Source: a bacterium
GTDB lineage: Bacteria; Patescibacteriota; UBA1384; JAGGWG01
Length of the DNA stretch: 50,729 nt
Assembly: GCA_021157605.1 (NCBI GenBank)
Contig: JAGGWG010000010.1
Location: 1-50,729, forward strand
Direction: 5' to 3'
The notes beneath the pieces are model-generated. The model was not told where the DNA came from. It did not search any database and worked only from the letters and a program-made list of their open reading frames with translations. A program made the position numbers and the translations under genes. This document shows positions 10,330 through 19,895 of the stretch, in pieces; the stretch's first letter is position 1, and every line of letters begins with the position of its first letter.

Positions 10330-11703
10330 ATGGCTATGCCACAAAAATTACAAACAAAAATTGGTTTAGAGATCCACATTGAACTAAACACAAAGACTAA
10401 GATGTTTTGTCGTTGCCCCAATAAAAGCGGCGGCAACCCGAATCAATTTACCTGCCCTATATGTTTAGGATACCCGGGGGTTTTGCCAGTACCAAACCAG
10501 AAAGCTGTTCTTTATACATTAAAACTTGGCTTGGCTCTTGGCTGTACAATTCCAAAAGAATCAAAGTTTGACCGCAAGCACTATTTTTATCCTGATTTAC
10601 CTAAAAATTATCAGATATCTCAATATGATATGCCTTTAGCTAAAAACGGCTACCTAAAAATTAAGAGTAAAAAGATAAGAATTGACAGAGTGCATTTAGA
10701 GGAGGACGCTGGCAAACTTATCCATCCTACAGGAGCAGATTATTCTTTGGTTGATTTTAATCGTTCAGGGGTACCTTTGGTAGAGGTGGTAACTGCTCCT
10801 GATATTTCTTCACCAGAGGAAGCCAAAATCTTTCTTAAAGATTTGCAGTTGCTTGTTAGGTATTTACAAATTTCTGAAGCTGATATGGAAAAAGGGCAGT
10901 TGCGCTGTGATGCCAATATATCAGTTAATTCTGGCACAAAAATGACGCCTATTTTTGAGATAAAAAATATGAATTCTTTCCGTGCGGTGGAAAGCGCTCT
11001 TAAGTACGAAGAAAAACGTCTCAAAGATAACTTTAATGATTTAAGCAAAATAAAAGGGAAACGCACCTTGACTTGGTTGGAGGAGTTTCAACGTACAGAG
11101 GAAATGAGATTAAAAGAAGAGGCTTCAGACTACCGTTATTTTCCTGAGCCTGACATACCCTTAATGCGTCCAGCTAAAGTTTTTGATTTGCAAGAATTAA
11201 AGACTGCTCTACCTCTTTTGCCTGAACAGAGGCGGAAAGTATTAAAGGAAAAGTACAGTTTGGCTGATAAAGAGGTAGAAGTTTTGGTTAATAAACAAAG
11301 GTGGTTTGACTACTTTATGTCAGTTGCCGCCAAAGTAGATGGTCGTTTAGCTGCTGACTGGATGGTTAATGAAAATTTAGGTACAACTTTAGAAGTTAAC
11401 GATTTTATCTTGCTTATCAGTCAGCTTCAAAAAGGCAAAATCAGCCGTCCTTTTGTTAAACAGACAGTAATACCGGCTCTGCGCAAAGGAAAAAAGTTAA
11501 ACAAGATTCTCAAAGAGGCGCCCAGTTCTTTTGACTCAAAGGCCTTAGTGAAAAAGATAATAGCTTCTAATCAGGATGCGGTGGCGAACTATAAAAAAGG
11601 TAAAACTCAAGCTCTTCAGTTTTTGATTGGTCAAGTTATGCGTGAGACACGGGGACAGGCTGATCCGGTTGAGATTGAGGCGTTGTTGAAAAAGATGATA
11701 TAA
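10330..11703 (+). CDS. gatB: Asp/Glu-tRNA amidotransferase subunit B
   Basis: IGLEIHIELNTKTKMFC, HLEEDAGK and a C-terminal YqeY-like tail GQVMRETRGQADP. Confidence 0.95.
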   Translation: MAMPQKLQTKIGLEIHIELNTKTKMFCRCPNKSGGNPNQFTCPICLGYPGVLPVPNQKAVLYTLKLGLALGCTIPKESKFDRKHYFYPDLPKNYQISQYDMPLAKNGYLKIKSKKIRIDRVHLEEDAGKLIHPTGADYSLVDFNRSGVPLVEVVTAPDISSPEEAKIFLKDLQLLVRYLQISEADMEKGQLRCDANISVNSGTKMTPIFEIKNMNSFRAVESALKYEEKRLKDNFNDLSKIKGKRTLTWLEEFQRTEEMRLKEEASDYRYFPEPDIPLMRPAKVFDLQELKTALPLLPEQRRKVLKEKYSLADKEVEVLVNKQRWFDYFMSVAAKVDGRLAADWMVNENLGTTLEVNDFILLISQLQKGKISRPFVKQTVIPALRKGKKLNKILKEAPSSFDSKALVKKIIASNQDAVANYKKGKTQALQFLIGQVMRETRGQADPVEIEALLKKMI

Positions 11704-11711
11704 TAAAGACT

Positions 11712-12872
11712 ATGCCAAAAATAGATTTCTTTACTCGAGCCAAAAAAAAGCGAGTTTTTCACTTTTTAGTTCTTGCTTTTTTATCTGGTTTGCTAGGAGG
11801 GGTGGTTGCTGTTTTGCTTTTGTTTGTTCCTAATTCTCCTTTAGCTAGGTATCTCTCCCAAAATGTTTCTTCTCCCTTGGTTCAAGAAACCAGAAAGATT
11901 AAACTTGAGGAGGAGTCAGCGGTTATAGAGGCTTATAAAAAAATTGCTCCTTCAGTAGTAAGTATAGTTGCTTTGCAGGAGGTTACTAATTTTTTTGGCG
12001 AGGAAATAGTTTCCCGGGGAGGGGGGACAGGGTTTATTGTCACTAGTGATGGTTTGATTCTTACTAACAAGCACGTTGTTTCTAACCTTAATGCGCGCTA
12101 TACAGTATTTCTTTCTTCAGGTAAAAGCTATACGGCTAAGGTGAAAAGCATAGATCCTTTTAATGATTTGGCTATTTTGAAAATTAATGCTTCAGGATTA
12201 AAGGCAGTAGAGCTTGGCGATTCAGATGATTTAGAAATAGGTCAAAGAGTAATAGCTGTGGGTTATGCTTTGGCTGAGTTTGAAAATTCAGTTACTTTGG
12301 GAATTATTTCTGGAAAAGAGAGAACGGTTGAGGCTTATGGATCTTCAGGTGGGGGGGAGAAGTTAGAAGGGATGTTGCAGACAGATGCTGCTATTAATCC
12401 CGGCAATTCCGGCGGTCCTTTGGTTAATTTGGCTGGTCAGGTTGTGGGTATTAATACTGCTGTGGCTTCACAGGCAGAAAATATTGGTTTTGCTATTCCG
12501 ATTAATGTAGCCAAAAAAGCAATTGAGAGTGTAAAAAAATACGGCTACATCAAAAGACCAATGATTGGTATTCGTTATGTGCCTATTACGCCTCAGTTGG
12601 CAAAGGCCAATAATCTTTCAGCGGATTATGGAGCTTTGATTTATAGCCGTGATCCAAGGTTGTTTGCAGTGATGCCCAATTCGCCGGCAGCTAAAGCTGG
12701 TTTAAAAGAAGGAGATATTATTATTGCTTTGGGAGGAGAAAAGATAGATGCTTCACATTCATTAAGGCGCTTATTGCAAAAATATGATCCCGGCCAAGAA
12801 GTAGAGATTACCTATATCAGAGAAGGAAAAGAGCATAAAGCAAAGCTTGTTTTGGATGAAATGAAACAATAA
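11712..12872 (+). CDS. htrA: HtrA/DegP-family serine protease with PDZ domain
   Basis: TM anchor; catalytic His (TNKHVV), Asp (DLAILKI) and Ser (GNSGGPLVN); C-terminal PDZ (SPAAKAGLKEGDIIIALGG). Confidence 0.9.
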   Translation: MPKIDFFTRAKKKRVFHFLVLAFLSGLLGGVVAVLLLFVPNSPLARYLSQNVSSPLVQETRKIKLEEESAVIEAYKKIAPSVVSIVALQEVTNFFGEEIVSRGGGTGFIVTSDGLILTNKHVVSNLNARYTVFLSSGKSYTAKVKSIDPFNDLAILKINASGLKAVELGDSDDLEIGQRVIAVGYALAEFENSVTLGIISGKERTVEAYGSSGGGEKLEGMLQTDAAINPGNSGGPLVNLAGQVVGINTAVASQAENIGFAIPINVAKKAIESVKKYGYIKRPMIGIRYVPITPQLAKANNLSADYGALIYSRDPRLFAVMPNSPAAKAGLKEGDIIIALGGEKIDASHSLRRLLQKYDPGQEVEITYIREGKEHKAKLVLDEMKQ

Positions 12873-12877
12873 ACATA

Positions 12878-12910
12878 AACCCGCTCTTTTGCTATGTTAA
12901 GAGCGGGTTT
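12878..12910. terminator. Hairpin between convergent genes (bidirectional terminator candidate)
   Basis: AAACCCGCTCTT (12878-12889) pairs with AAGAGCGGGTTT (12899-12910) around a 9-nt loop. T-rich flanks on the minus-strand reading. Confidence 0.7.
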
Positions 12911-12959
12911 GGGTTGGTAGAGTTCATATTTTCCCCTCCCTTCTTTGCGGGCATTGACT

Positions 12960-13241
12960 TCAGCATTTTTGCTTTGGTGAGGTTCGAGAAGAGTTTTTTT
13001 GTTTTTTAAGGAGTGGAGAGGTGATGCGTATTATTTTTCCCTGGTTGTAGTCAATAGTCATTTTACAACGACACAAAGGATTGAGGCATCTGGTTGAAAA
13101 GATGTTTGGTCCTTCCATTTTGATCATTGGGTCGAGTTGATACTGCCCGCAAACCGGGCAATAGGCTGGAAGGTAAAAAAATTTTCTTTCAAGGGCTTTT
13201 TGCACTCTTTTCTTCAGTTCTCTTTTTGTCATCTTTTTCAC
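12960..13241 (-). CDS. Small zinc-ribbon-like hypothetical protein
   Basis: 93 aa with the Cys pairs CPVCG ... CLNPLCRC; AGGAG 8 nt upstream of the ATG; last gene of the rpmE-prfA-prmC transcription unit. Confidence 0.55.
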   Translation of the reverse strand: MKKMTKRELKKRVQKALERKFFYLPAYCPVCGQYQLDPMIKMEGPNIFSTRCLNPLCRCKMTIDYNQGKIIRITSPLLKKQKNSSRTSPKQKC

Positions 13242-13284
13242 TCCTTCCTTGTTTTTAAGGTGCGGGTATTTGTTCAGGGTGATT

Positions 13285-14058
13285 TCAAGGCCTGTAAATT
13301 TTTATTATTCCCTGAACTGTTTCGTAAAAAACCGCTCCTTTTGGGTTTAGGTATTTTTTAGCGTCTTTTAGAAGTTTTTCAATTTGCCCTTTGTCTTGAA
13401 GAGCCAGTTTTGGTTCAAATTTAAGCTCGTTTTTTATTTCTACTTTTTTTAAATAAGGAAGATTGGCAAGAATTAGATCAAATTTGTCGTTTATGGCTTC
13501 AAAAAGATTGCTTTTAATAAATCTTATTTCAGTTTGATTTTTTTGAGCATTAATTTTTGCTACTTTAATAGCTTTTGTAGAGATATCAGAAGCAATAATT
13601 TGAAATTTTATTCTTCTTTTTTCCAGTTCCTTAGCCAAAGCAATGGCAATACACCCTGAGCCAGTGCCTAAATCTAAAATTTTCCATTGTTTTCGCGATC
13701 GCTGGATAATAAAATTAAGAGTTTTTTCTACTATTTTTTCAGTTTCTGGCCTAGGAATTAGCACTTTTTTGTCAACATAAAAACTATAGCCAAAAAACTC
13801 TTTTCTCTTGATAAGATAAGCTAAAGGTATGTGTTTTTGGCGTTTGCGGATTAAGTTTTTAAACTTGATTTCAAAATGTGGTTTAAGAGATAAATCTGAA
13901 TGGGCTAAAATGAATTCTTTGGGTTTTTTGAGCACAAAAGCTAAAAGCAGGAGAGTGTCTAAGCTTGGGGTTTTAGATTTGTTTTTAAGTTTTTTTTCAC
14001 CCCAAAAAAGCCACTTTTTTAATTTAGAGGCTTTTGATTTTTTCTCTAACTTCAGCAT
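13285..14058 (-). CDS. prmC: Release-factor glutamine N5-methyltransferase (PrmC/HemK)
   Basis: SAM motif ILDLGTGSGCIAIALA; catalytic tetrapeptide position reads NLPY; overlaps prfA by 35 nt, the usual prfA-prmC arrangement. Confidence 0.85.
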   Translation of the reverse strand: MLKLEKKSKASKLKKWLFWGEKKLKNKSKTPSLDTLLLLAFVLKKPKEFILAHSDLSLKPHFEIKFKNLIRKRQKHIPLAYLIKRKEFFGYSFYVDKKVLIPRPETEKIVEKTLNFIIQRSRKQWKILDLGTGSGCIAIALAKELEKRRIKFQIIASDISTKAIKVAKINAQKNQTEIRFIKSNLFEAINDKFDLILANLPYLKKVEIKNELKFEPKLALQDKGQIEKLLKDAKKYLNPKGAVFYETVQGIIKIYRP

Positions 14059-15058
14059 CTTGCAGTTTTTTAATAATAGGGTCTAGGTCGCCTTCCAGCA
14101 CTTTTTCCAGAGCGTAAATAGTAAGGTTGATGCGATGGTCAGTTATGCGGTTTTGGGGGAAGTTGTAAGTTCTAATTTTGTCGCTTCTGTCAAGTTTGCC
14201 GACCATTGTTTTTCTTTTTTCTTTTTCCTTGTTTTGTTCTTTTTCTAAACGTAGAGCCAAAAGTTTGGAACGTAGAATTTTAAGAGCTTTTTCTTTGTTT
14301 TTGTGTTGGCTTTTTTCGTCTTGGCAGGAAACAACTGTGCTTGTGGGCAGATGGGTGATGCGGACAGCAGAATCAGTAGTGTTTACAGACTGGCCGCCGG
14401 GTCCTGAGGAGCGGAAGGTGTCAATACGCAGCTCTTCTGGCTTGATTTCTATATCTATTGTTTCTGCCTCGGGAAGGACAACGACCGCTGCTGCTGAAGT
14501 ATGAACTCTGCCTTTTTTTTCTGTCTGAGGAACTCTCTGTACTCGGTGCACACCGCCTTCAAATTTTAAAAGGCCGTAAGCTTTTTCACCTTTGATTAAA
14601 ATTTTTGCTTCTTTTATGCCTCCCAGAGGTGTTTTTTGCCAGTCCAGAATTTGGCTTTTGAAGCCTTTTCTTTCCGCAAAGCGCAAATACATTCTCAAAA
14701 GGTCGCTGGCAAAAAGCTCAGCCTCATCTCCTCCTGTGCCAGCGTGTATTTCTAAAATAGCGTTTCGCCTGTCAGTTGGATCCTCGACCAAAAGGCGAAA
14801 AAGTTCTTTTTTAACTGTTTTGAGTTCTTGTTTTAGCTTTTTTACTTCTTCGCTGGCCAACTCTTTGAGCTCTGGATCTTTGATAGCTTTTGTTTCGGCT
14901 AACTTCTTTTTTAAGGAGAGGTATTTTTTCAAGTAATCCCTTTGGTTTTGCACTACTGACAACTCTTTGGCTGTTTTGGGATTGTTGTTATCCAAAAGAA
15001 GCTTTTCAAGTTTTTCAATACGAAGATTTAGCTTTTTAAGTAAGCTTTTTAAATTCAT
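14024..15058 (-). CDS. prfA: Peptide chain release factor 1
   Basis: GGQ motif (SGPGGQSVNTTDSAVRITHLPT) and an RF1-type PxT tripeptide region (RVQRVPQTEKKGRVHTS). Confidence 0.95.
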   Translation of the reverse strand: MNLKSLLKKLNLRIEKLEKLLLDNNNPKTAKELSVVQNQRDYLKKYLSLKKKLAETKAIKDPELKELASEEVKKLKQELKTVKKELFRLLVEDPTDRRNAILEIHAGTGGDEAELFASDLLRMYLRFAERKGFKSQILDWQKTPLGGIKEAKILIKGEKAYGLLKFEGGVHRVQRVPQTEKKGRVHTSAAAVVVLPEAETIDIEIKPEELRIDTFRSSGPGGQSVNTTDSAVRITHLPTSTVVSCQDEKSQHKNKEKALKILRSKLLALRLEKEQNKEKEKRKTMVGKLDRSDKIRTYNFPQNRITDHRINLTIYALEKVLEGDLDPIIKKLQDAEVREKIKSL

Positions 15059-15072
15059 AGTTTTAGTTTAGC

Positions 15073-15324
15073 TTAAGCTTTTTTCTTTTTTAAGAGTTTG
15101 GCTTTTTTGAGTCGTTCTTTGAATTTTTCTACTTGGCCGGTTGTATCAACCAGTTTTTGGTTGCCAGTGTAAAGAGGATGGCAGTGAGAACAAATTTCAA
15201 CTTTTAGATCTTTATCTCTAGTAGATAAGGTTTCAAAAACAGCTCCGCAGTCACAGCGGATTTTTATCCAGTTGAGTTTTGTTTTTTGTTTTTTGCTTTT
15301 GTCCATAGTTTTTGGCTCTTGCAA
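15073..15324 (-). CDS. rpmE: 50S ribosomal protein L31
   Basis: [14 protein letters not shown]...[24 protein letters not shown]. Confidence 0.9.
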   Translation of the reverse strand: MQEPKTMDKSKKQKTKLNWIKIRCDCGAVFETLSTRDKDLKVEICSHCHPLYTGNQKLVDTTGQVEKFKERLKKAKLLKKKKA

Positions 15325-15400
15325 TAGTTGATTCTATATGTTAGCATTCTTTCTGTCAATAAAAGAAATATTTTTATTTAAGTAAAATTAATTAGTTTAA

Positions 15401-16099
15401 ATGGCTGATTTGGTCAGTGCTAAAAAAATTGAAGAACTAGGAGGCCACTTAGGTCATCTGCGCAGTATTTTGCATCCCTCTTTTAAGCCTTATGTGGCTG
15501 ATATCAAAAACAGGGTTGTTTTTATTGATACTAAAAAAACAGTAGTCAAGCTTAAAGAGGCTTTAGATTTTCTCAAAAAACACAAGAAAGAAAAAGTTTT
15601 ATGGGTGGGAAGCAAGGTTACAGCCAAAGAGTTTATTAAAGAGATTGGCAAAGGTTTGGGCCACCCCTATGTGGCTGAAAAGTGGTTAGGAGGAATGCTT
15701 ACTAACTTTGAGACTTTGAAAAAGAATTTACAGCGTCTTGAGGAGTTAAAAAATAAGGAAGAAGGCCAAAAGTTTAAGGCGATGACAAAAAAAGAGCGTC
15801 AGTTGCTTCAGCAAAAAAGAGAGCGAATGGAGAGAGTTTTATCCGGATTGGTTAACTTAAAAGAAATGCCTGAGATAATAGTAGTGGTGGATCCTGCGCA
15901 CGAAGAGATCGCTGTTAAGGAGGCGCGCAAAAAGGGTCTTAAGGTGGTAGCTATCTGTGATGTAAGTGCTAATCTCGACCAAGTTGATTTTCCTATACCC
16001 CTAAATGATGAATCACGTTCAGCGCTTAGGATAGTGCTGGAAAGTTTAGGGCGTTGTTTTGACCCCAATTTTTCTTTAAAGACAGAAACTAAAAAATAA
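15401..16099 (+). CDS. rpsB: 30S ribosomal protein S2
   Basis: GGHLGH..., [14 protein letters not shown] and [19 protein letters not shown]. Confidence 0.95.
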   Translation: MADLVSAKKIEELGGHLGHLRSILHPSFKPYVADIKNRVVFIDTKKTVVKLKEALDFLKKHKKEKVLWVGSKVTAKEFIKEIGKGLGHPYVAEKWLGGMLTNFETLKKNLQRLEELKNKEEGQKFKAMTKKERQLLQQKRERMERVLSGLVNLKEMPEIIVVVDPAHEEIAVKEARKKGLKVVAICDVSANLDQVDFPIPLNDESRSALRIVLESLGRCFDPNFSLKTETKK

Positions 16100-16100
16100 G

Positions 16101-16556
16101 ATGAACATCAAAGATTTAGTTCGTCTTCGGCGTGAAACCCAAGCTCCTCTTTCTGAATGCAAAGAGGCGTTGGAGGAAAGTGAGGGAGACTTATCTAAAG
16201 CCAAAAAAATACTTAAAAAGAAAGGTCTTTTAGCAGCCGATAAACGCAAAGATAGGGCAGCAAAGGAGGGAATTATTGGAGCTTATGTCCATTCCAACAA
16301 AAAAATTGGTGTTTTGGTTGAATTAGCCTGCGAAACTGATTTTGTTGCTCGCAACAAAGATTTTCAAGATTTTGCCCATAAATTGGCGATGCAGATTGCC
16401 TCTATGGATCCTAAAGATATTAAGGAATTATTGAGCCAAGATTGGATTTTTGAATCAGGATCATCTGTGGAGAACATGCTCAAGGAGCTTATTCATAAGA
16501 CAGGTGAGAATATCCAGATTAAGAATTTTGTTCGTCTTCAGATAGGGTCAAATTAG
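16101..16556 (+). CDS. tsf: Elongation factor Ts, short form (151 aa)
   Basis: UBA-like N-terminus [34 protein letters not shown] and [15 protein letters not shown]. Only about half the E. coli length. Confidence 0.85.
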   Translation: MNIKDLVRLRRETQAPLSECKEALEESEGDLSKAKKILKKKGLLAADKRKDRAAKEGIIGAYVHSNKKIGVLVELACETDFVARNKDFQDFAHKLAMQIASMDPKDIKELLSQDWIFESGSSVENMLKELIHKTGENIQIKNFVRLQIGSN

Positions 16557-16583
16557 TGCTATAATTAAAAAAATAAAAAAGTT

Positions 16584-17144
16584 ATGGATTTTGTACAGGT
16601 AGAAGTTAGTGCTTTGCGTAAAAAAATGGAAGAGGTCTTAGAAAATTTTAAAGAGGAGATAAAAGGTTTTCGTTTAGGCAAGGCTTCTGCTGCTTTAGTG
16701 GAGAATCTTAAGATCCCTTATTATGGCCAAGAAATTCCTCTTAATTCTTTAGCTAATGTTTCGGTGATTGATGTTTTGAACCTATCGGTTGAGCCTTATG
16801 ATCCCGGCACCAAAGCTGATATTATCCAAGGTTTTAAAAAAGTAGATTTAGGAGCCAATATTATTGAGGAGGGGGATCGTATTCGTCTTTCATTTCCTCC
16901 TATTTCAGAGGAGAGAAAAAAGGAGTTGATTAAGCTTTTGGGACAGAAGAAAGAGGAGGCAAAAGTGGTTTTACGCCGTTTGCGGGAAGGAGTTTGGGAG
17001 GAGATTCAAAATAAGGTCAAAGATAAAGAGCTTCCTGAAGATGATAAATTTCGGGCTGAAAAGGAGCTTAATGATTTGATCAGTGAGTTTAACCAGCAGT
17101 TAGAGGAGTTAGCAGAGGGCAAGGAGAAAGAAATAAATGAGTAG
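16584..17144 (+). CDS. frr: Ribosome recycling factor
   Basis: 186 aa with the typical LENLKIPYYGQEIPLNSLANVSV...LSFPPISEERKKEL. Confidence 0.95.
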   Translation: MDFVQVEVSALRKKMEEVLENFKEEIKGFRLGKASAALVENLKIPYYGQEIPLNSLANVSVIDVLNLSVEPYDPGTKADIIQGFKKVDLGANIIEEGDRIRLSFPPISEERKKELIKLLGQKKEEAKVVLRRLREGVWEEIQNKVKDKELPEDDKFRAEKELNDLISEFNQQLEELAEGKEKEINE

Positions 17145-18212
17145 ATGGCGATTTTAGTTTTTATTGCTCTTTTAGCGGTTTTAATTTTAGTGCATGAGTT
17201 AGGGCATTTTTTAATGGCTAAAAAAGAGGGGGTTAAGGTTGAGGAGTTTGCTTTTGGTTTTCCTCCTCGGCTTTGGTCTAAAAAAATAAAAGGAACGGTT
17301 TACTCTTTGAATTTAATTCCTCTTGGTGGTTATGTTCGTCTTTATGGTGAAGATGAGCCTCGGGGAAAAGGAAGTTTTGTTTCAAAGTCTGTTTGGAGTC
17401 GTTTCAAAATTATCTCTGCCGGAGTGATAATGAATCTGCTTTTAGGTTATTTGTTTTTGCTCATTTATCTTGGTTTAGGTAATGGTCCTTTAGCTAGCAA
17501 CCCTTCTGATTACTCTTCTTGGGTTAATAGTTACCGTATTTACCCAATTATTCTGCAAATTGATTCTGATAGTGCGGCAGAAAAAATGGGACTTAAGGTA
17601 GGGGATATCATTTTACAGGTTAATGGTAGAGAGTTTGAAAGAGCAGAGTCTTTTTCTCGTTTTACTGCCCAAAATCCGAATCAAGAGATCGAGATGAGTG
17701 TTCAGCGTGACAGAGAGATCCTTACTTTAAAAGGCAAAATTGATTCAAATGAGTCAAGAGGGGAGATAGGGGTGACGGTAGCTGATTATTTTGACAAAGT
17801 AAGGTTTAAATGGTGGGCAGTGCCTTTAATGGCGGGAATAGATCTTTTTAATTTGATAGTTACAATTTTTTACTTTTTTGGGAATCTTGTGCTTTCTCTT
17901 TTTGGTCGAGCTCAACCAATTGGCACTGTGGTAGGGCCGGTTGGTATTTATATCTTAACTAAAAAAGCGGTTGAGTTGGGTTTTAGCTATGTTTTGCGTT
18001 TAGCTACTTTTTTGACAGTAAATTTGGCTTTAGTAAACTTTCTTCCTTTGCCAGCGCTTGATGGAGGCAGGGCTATACTTTTAGGTTTGGAAAAAATCAA
18101 AGGCAAAAGATTAAAACCAGAAGTAGAGAGTTGGGTGCATTTAGTTGGTTTTATTGTTATCTTGGTTTTAATGGTTGCTTTAACTATCAGGGATATCGTA
18201 AAATTATTTTAA
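17145..18212 (+). CDS. rseP: Site-2 (RIP) zinc metalloprotease RseP/M50 with one PDZ domain
   Basis: HELGHF at the N-terminus, PDZ (SAAEKMGLKVGDIILQVNG) and C-terminal NLLPLPALDGG. Confidence 0.85.
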   Translation: MAILVFIALLAVLILVHELGHFLMAKKEGVKVEEFAFGFPPRLWSKKIKGTVYSLNLIPLGGYVRLYGEDEPRGKGSFVSKSVWSRFKIISAGVIMNLLLGYLFLLIYLGLGNGPLASNPSDYSSWVNSYRIYPIILQIDSDSAAEKMGLKVGDIILQVNGREFERAESFSRFTAQNPNQEIEMSVQRDREILTLKGKIDSNESRGEIGVTVADYFDKVRFKWWAVPLMAGIDLFNLIVTIFYFFGNLVLSLFGRAQPIGTVVGPVGIYILTKKAVELGFSYVLRLATFLTVNLALVNFLPLPALDGGRAILLGLEKIKGKRLKPEVESWVHLVGFIVILVLMVALTIRDIVKLF

Positions 18213-18215
18213 TTT

Positions 18216-19895
18216 ATGTTGGCTTCAAAAATCATTAAAACTTCAAAAACATCGCCCAAGGCTTCTACTGTTCACGAAACTTTGTTGCTCCAAGGGGGAT
18301 TTGTACAAAAATTAGGAGCAGGGATTTACCAGTTTTTGCCTTTGGGTTTTTTAGTATATAAGAAAATTTATCGCATTATTGAAGAGGAGTTAAGTAAAAT
18401 AGGTTTTTTGCCGTTTTTGGCTCCCATGGTGCAACCTTCCTCTATATGGAAAAAGAGTGGACGCTGGGAAGATTTTGGGGCAGAGCTTTTACGTTTTAAG
18501 AATCGTTCTCAGGAAGAGTTTGTTTTGGCTCCTACTCACGAAGAAAACGTTAGCTTAGTTGCCAGGCAGCTGATCAAATCTTTTAGAGATCTGCCTTTAG
18601 CGCTTAATCAAATCCAGCCCAAATTTAGAGATGAACCTCGAGCAAGAGGCGGCTTGATTCGGCTGCGTGAGTTCACAATGCAAGACGGTTATAGTTTTCA
18701 CCGAGATAAAAAAGACTTGGATACTTTTTATGAAGAAGTGAAAAAAGCTTATTTAAGGATTTTTGAGCGTGTAGGTTTAAAAGTAAGAGTTGTCTCTTCA
18801 GCTAGTGGAGCTATGGGCGGCACTAAAGCAGAAGAGTTTATTGTTGAGAGTGAAGTGGGAGAGGACAGGATTGCTGTTTGTAAAAAATGTAAATACGCAG
18901 CTAATTTAGAAGTAGCTCGTTTTAAAGACAGGCTAATAAAAGAAAAACCCAAAAAATTAAAGAGAGTTTCTACCCCCAAAGCTTCTACTATCGAAGAGTT
19001 GAGCGGGTTTTTAAAGGTAGATCCTCATCGTTTGGCAAAAATTGTCTTTTTTAAAAACGAAAGAGGCGATTTGATTGTCGCCTGCGTTTTGGGTGATAGA
19101 GAGATTAATGAGAGAAAATTAGGTTTGGTTACTGACTCTGAATCGCTTCTTTCTGCGGATGAAAATAAAATCAGAGAATTTGGTTATGAGCCTGGTTTTG
19201 CTTCTCCTATACCTCATACAAAAGCAGTAATAGTGATAGATACAGAAGTTTGGAAGAGCAATAATTTGGTTACCGGAGATAATGAAAGGGATTTCCATTT
19301 ACTAAATTTTAATCCTGCACGGGATATAAAACACAAAAAAGTAAAAATAGCTGATATTGCTGAGGTTAAGGAAGGTGATAGATGTCAATGTGGCGGTTCT
19401 TTGAAAGTTAAGCGTGGTATTGAGGTAGGCAACATTTTTCAGTTAGGGGATAAGTATTGTCGTTCTTTTATGGTTCAGTTTACAGATGAAAAAGGAAAAC
19501 AGCACTTTCCTTTAGAAGGCTGTTATGGGATTGGGTTGGAACGTTTAATGGCTACTATTGTAGAAAAGTATCACGATAAGCAGGGGATTATTTGGCCAAA
19601 AGAGACGGCTCCCTTTGATATTTATTTAATTTATTTGGGAGGAGACAAGGAGAAAAAAACAGCAAAAGTGATTTATAGTGAACTTTCTTCTTTGGGTAAA
19701 GATGTTCTTTTAGACGATCGTGAAAATTCACCGGGAGAAAAATTTGCGGACGCAGATTTAATAGGTATTCCCTATAGAGTTATTATTAGTTCTAAAACTT
19801 TATCTCAGGGTAAAGTGGAAGTAAAAGAAAGGTCAGCCACAAAAAAAGAGTTAGTTGATTTAAAGACTCTAAAAGATTATTTTCAAGATAAATGA
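18216..19895 (+). CDS. proS: Prolyl-tRNA synthetase (bacterial type with editing insertion)
   Basis: Class II motifs (FRDEPRARGGLIRLREFTMQD, GCYGIGLERL) and an anticodon-binding C-terminus. Confidence 0.95.
   Translation: MLASKIIKTSKTSPKASTVHETLLLQGGFVQKLGAGIYQFLPLGFLVYKKIYRIIEEELSKIGFLPFLAPMVQPSSIWKKSGRWEDFGAELLRFKNRSQEEFVLAPTHEENVSLVARQLIKSFRDLPLALNQIQPKFRDEPRARGGLIRLREFTMQDGYSFHRDKKDLDTFYEEVKKAYLRIFERVGLKVRVVSSASGAMGGTKAEEFIVESEVGEDRIAVCKKCKYAANLEVARFKDRLIKEKPKKLKRVSTPKASTIEELSGFLKVDPHRLAKIVFFKNERGDLIVACVLGDREINERKLGLVTDSESLLSADENKIREFGYEPGFASPIPHTKAVIVIDTEVWKSNNLVTGDNERDFHLLNFNPARDIKHKKVKIADIAEVKEGDRCQCGGSLKVKRGIEVGNIFQLGDKYCRSFMVQFTDEKGKQHFPLEGCYGIGLERLMATIVEKYHDKQGIIWPKETAPFDIYLIYLGGDKEKKTAKVIYSELSSLGKDVLLDDRENSPGEKFADADLIGIPYRVIISSKTLSQGKVEVKERSATKKELVDLKTLKDYFQDK

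Noticed and set aside
14178-14936. Two plus-strand ORFs (108 and 114 aa) antisense to prfA. Similar antisense or alternate-frame ORFs lie inside ctp (1296-1508), gatB (10740-11066), rpoC (37160-37363, 38063-38341, 39089-39328, 39390-39683), murA, murC and other genes.
   Set aside because: They lie entirely within well-supported conserved genes on the opposite strand or in another frame. Their composition is low-complexity Ser/Leu/Phe-rich, they have no ribosome-binding site, and they are typical shadow ORFs of AT-rich DNA.
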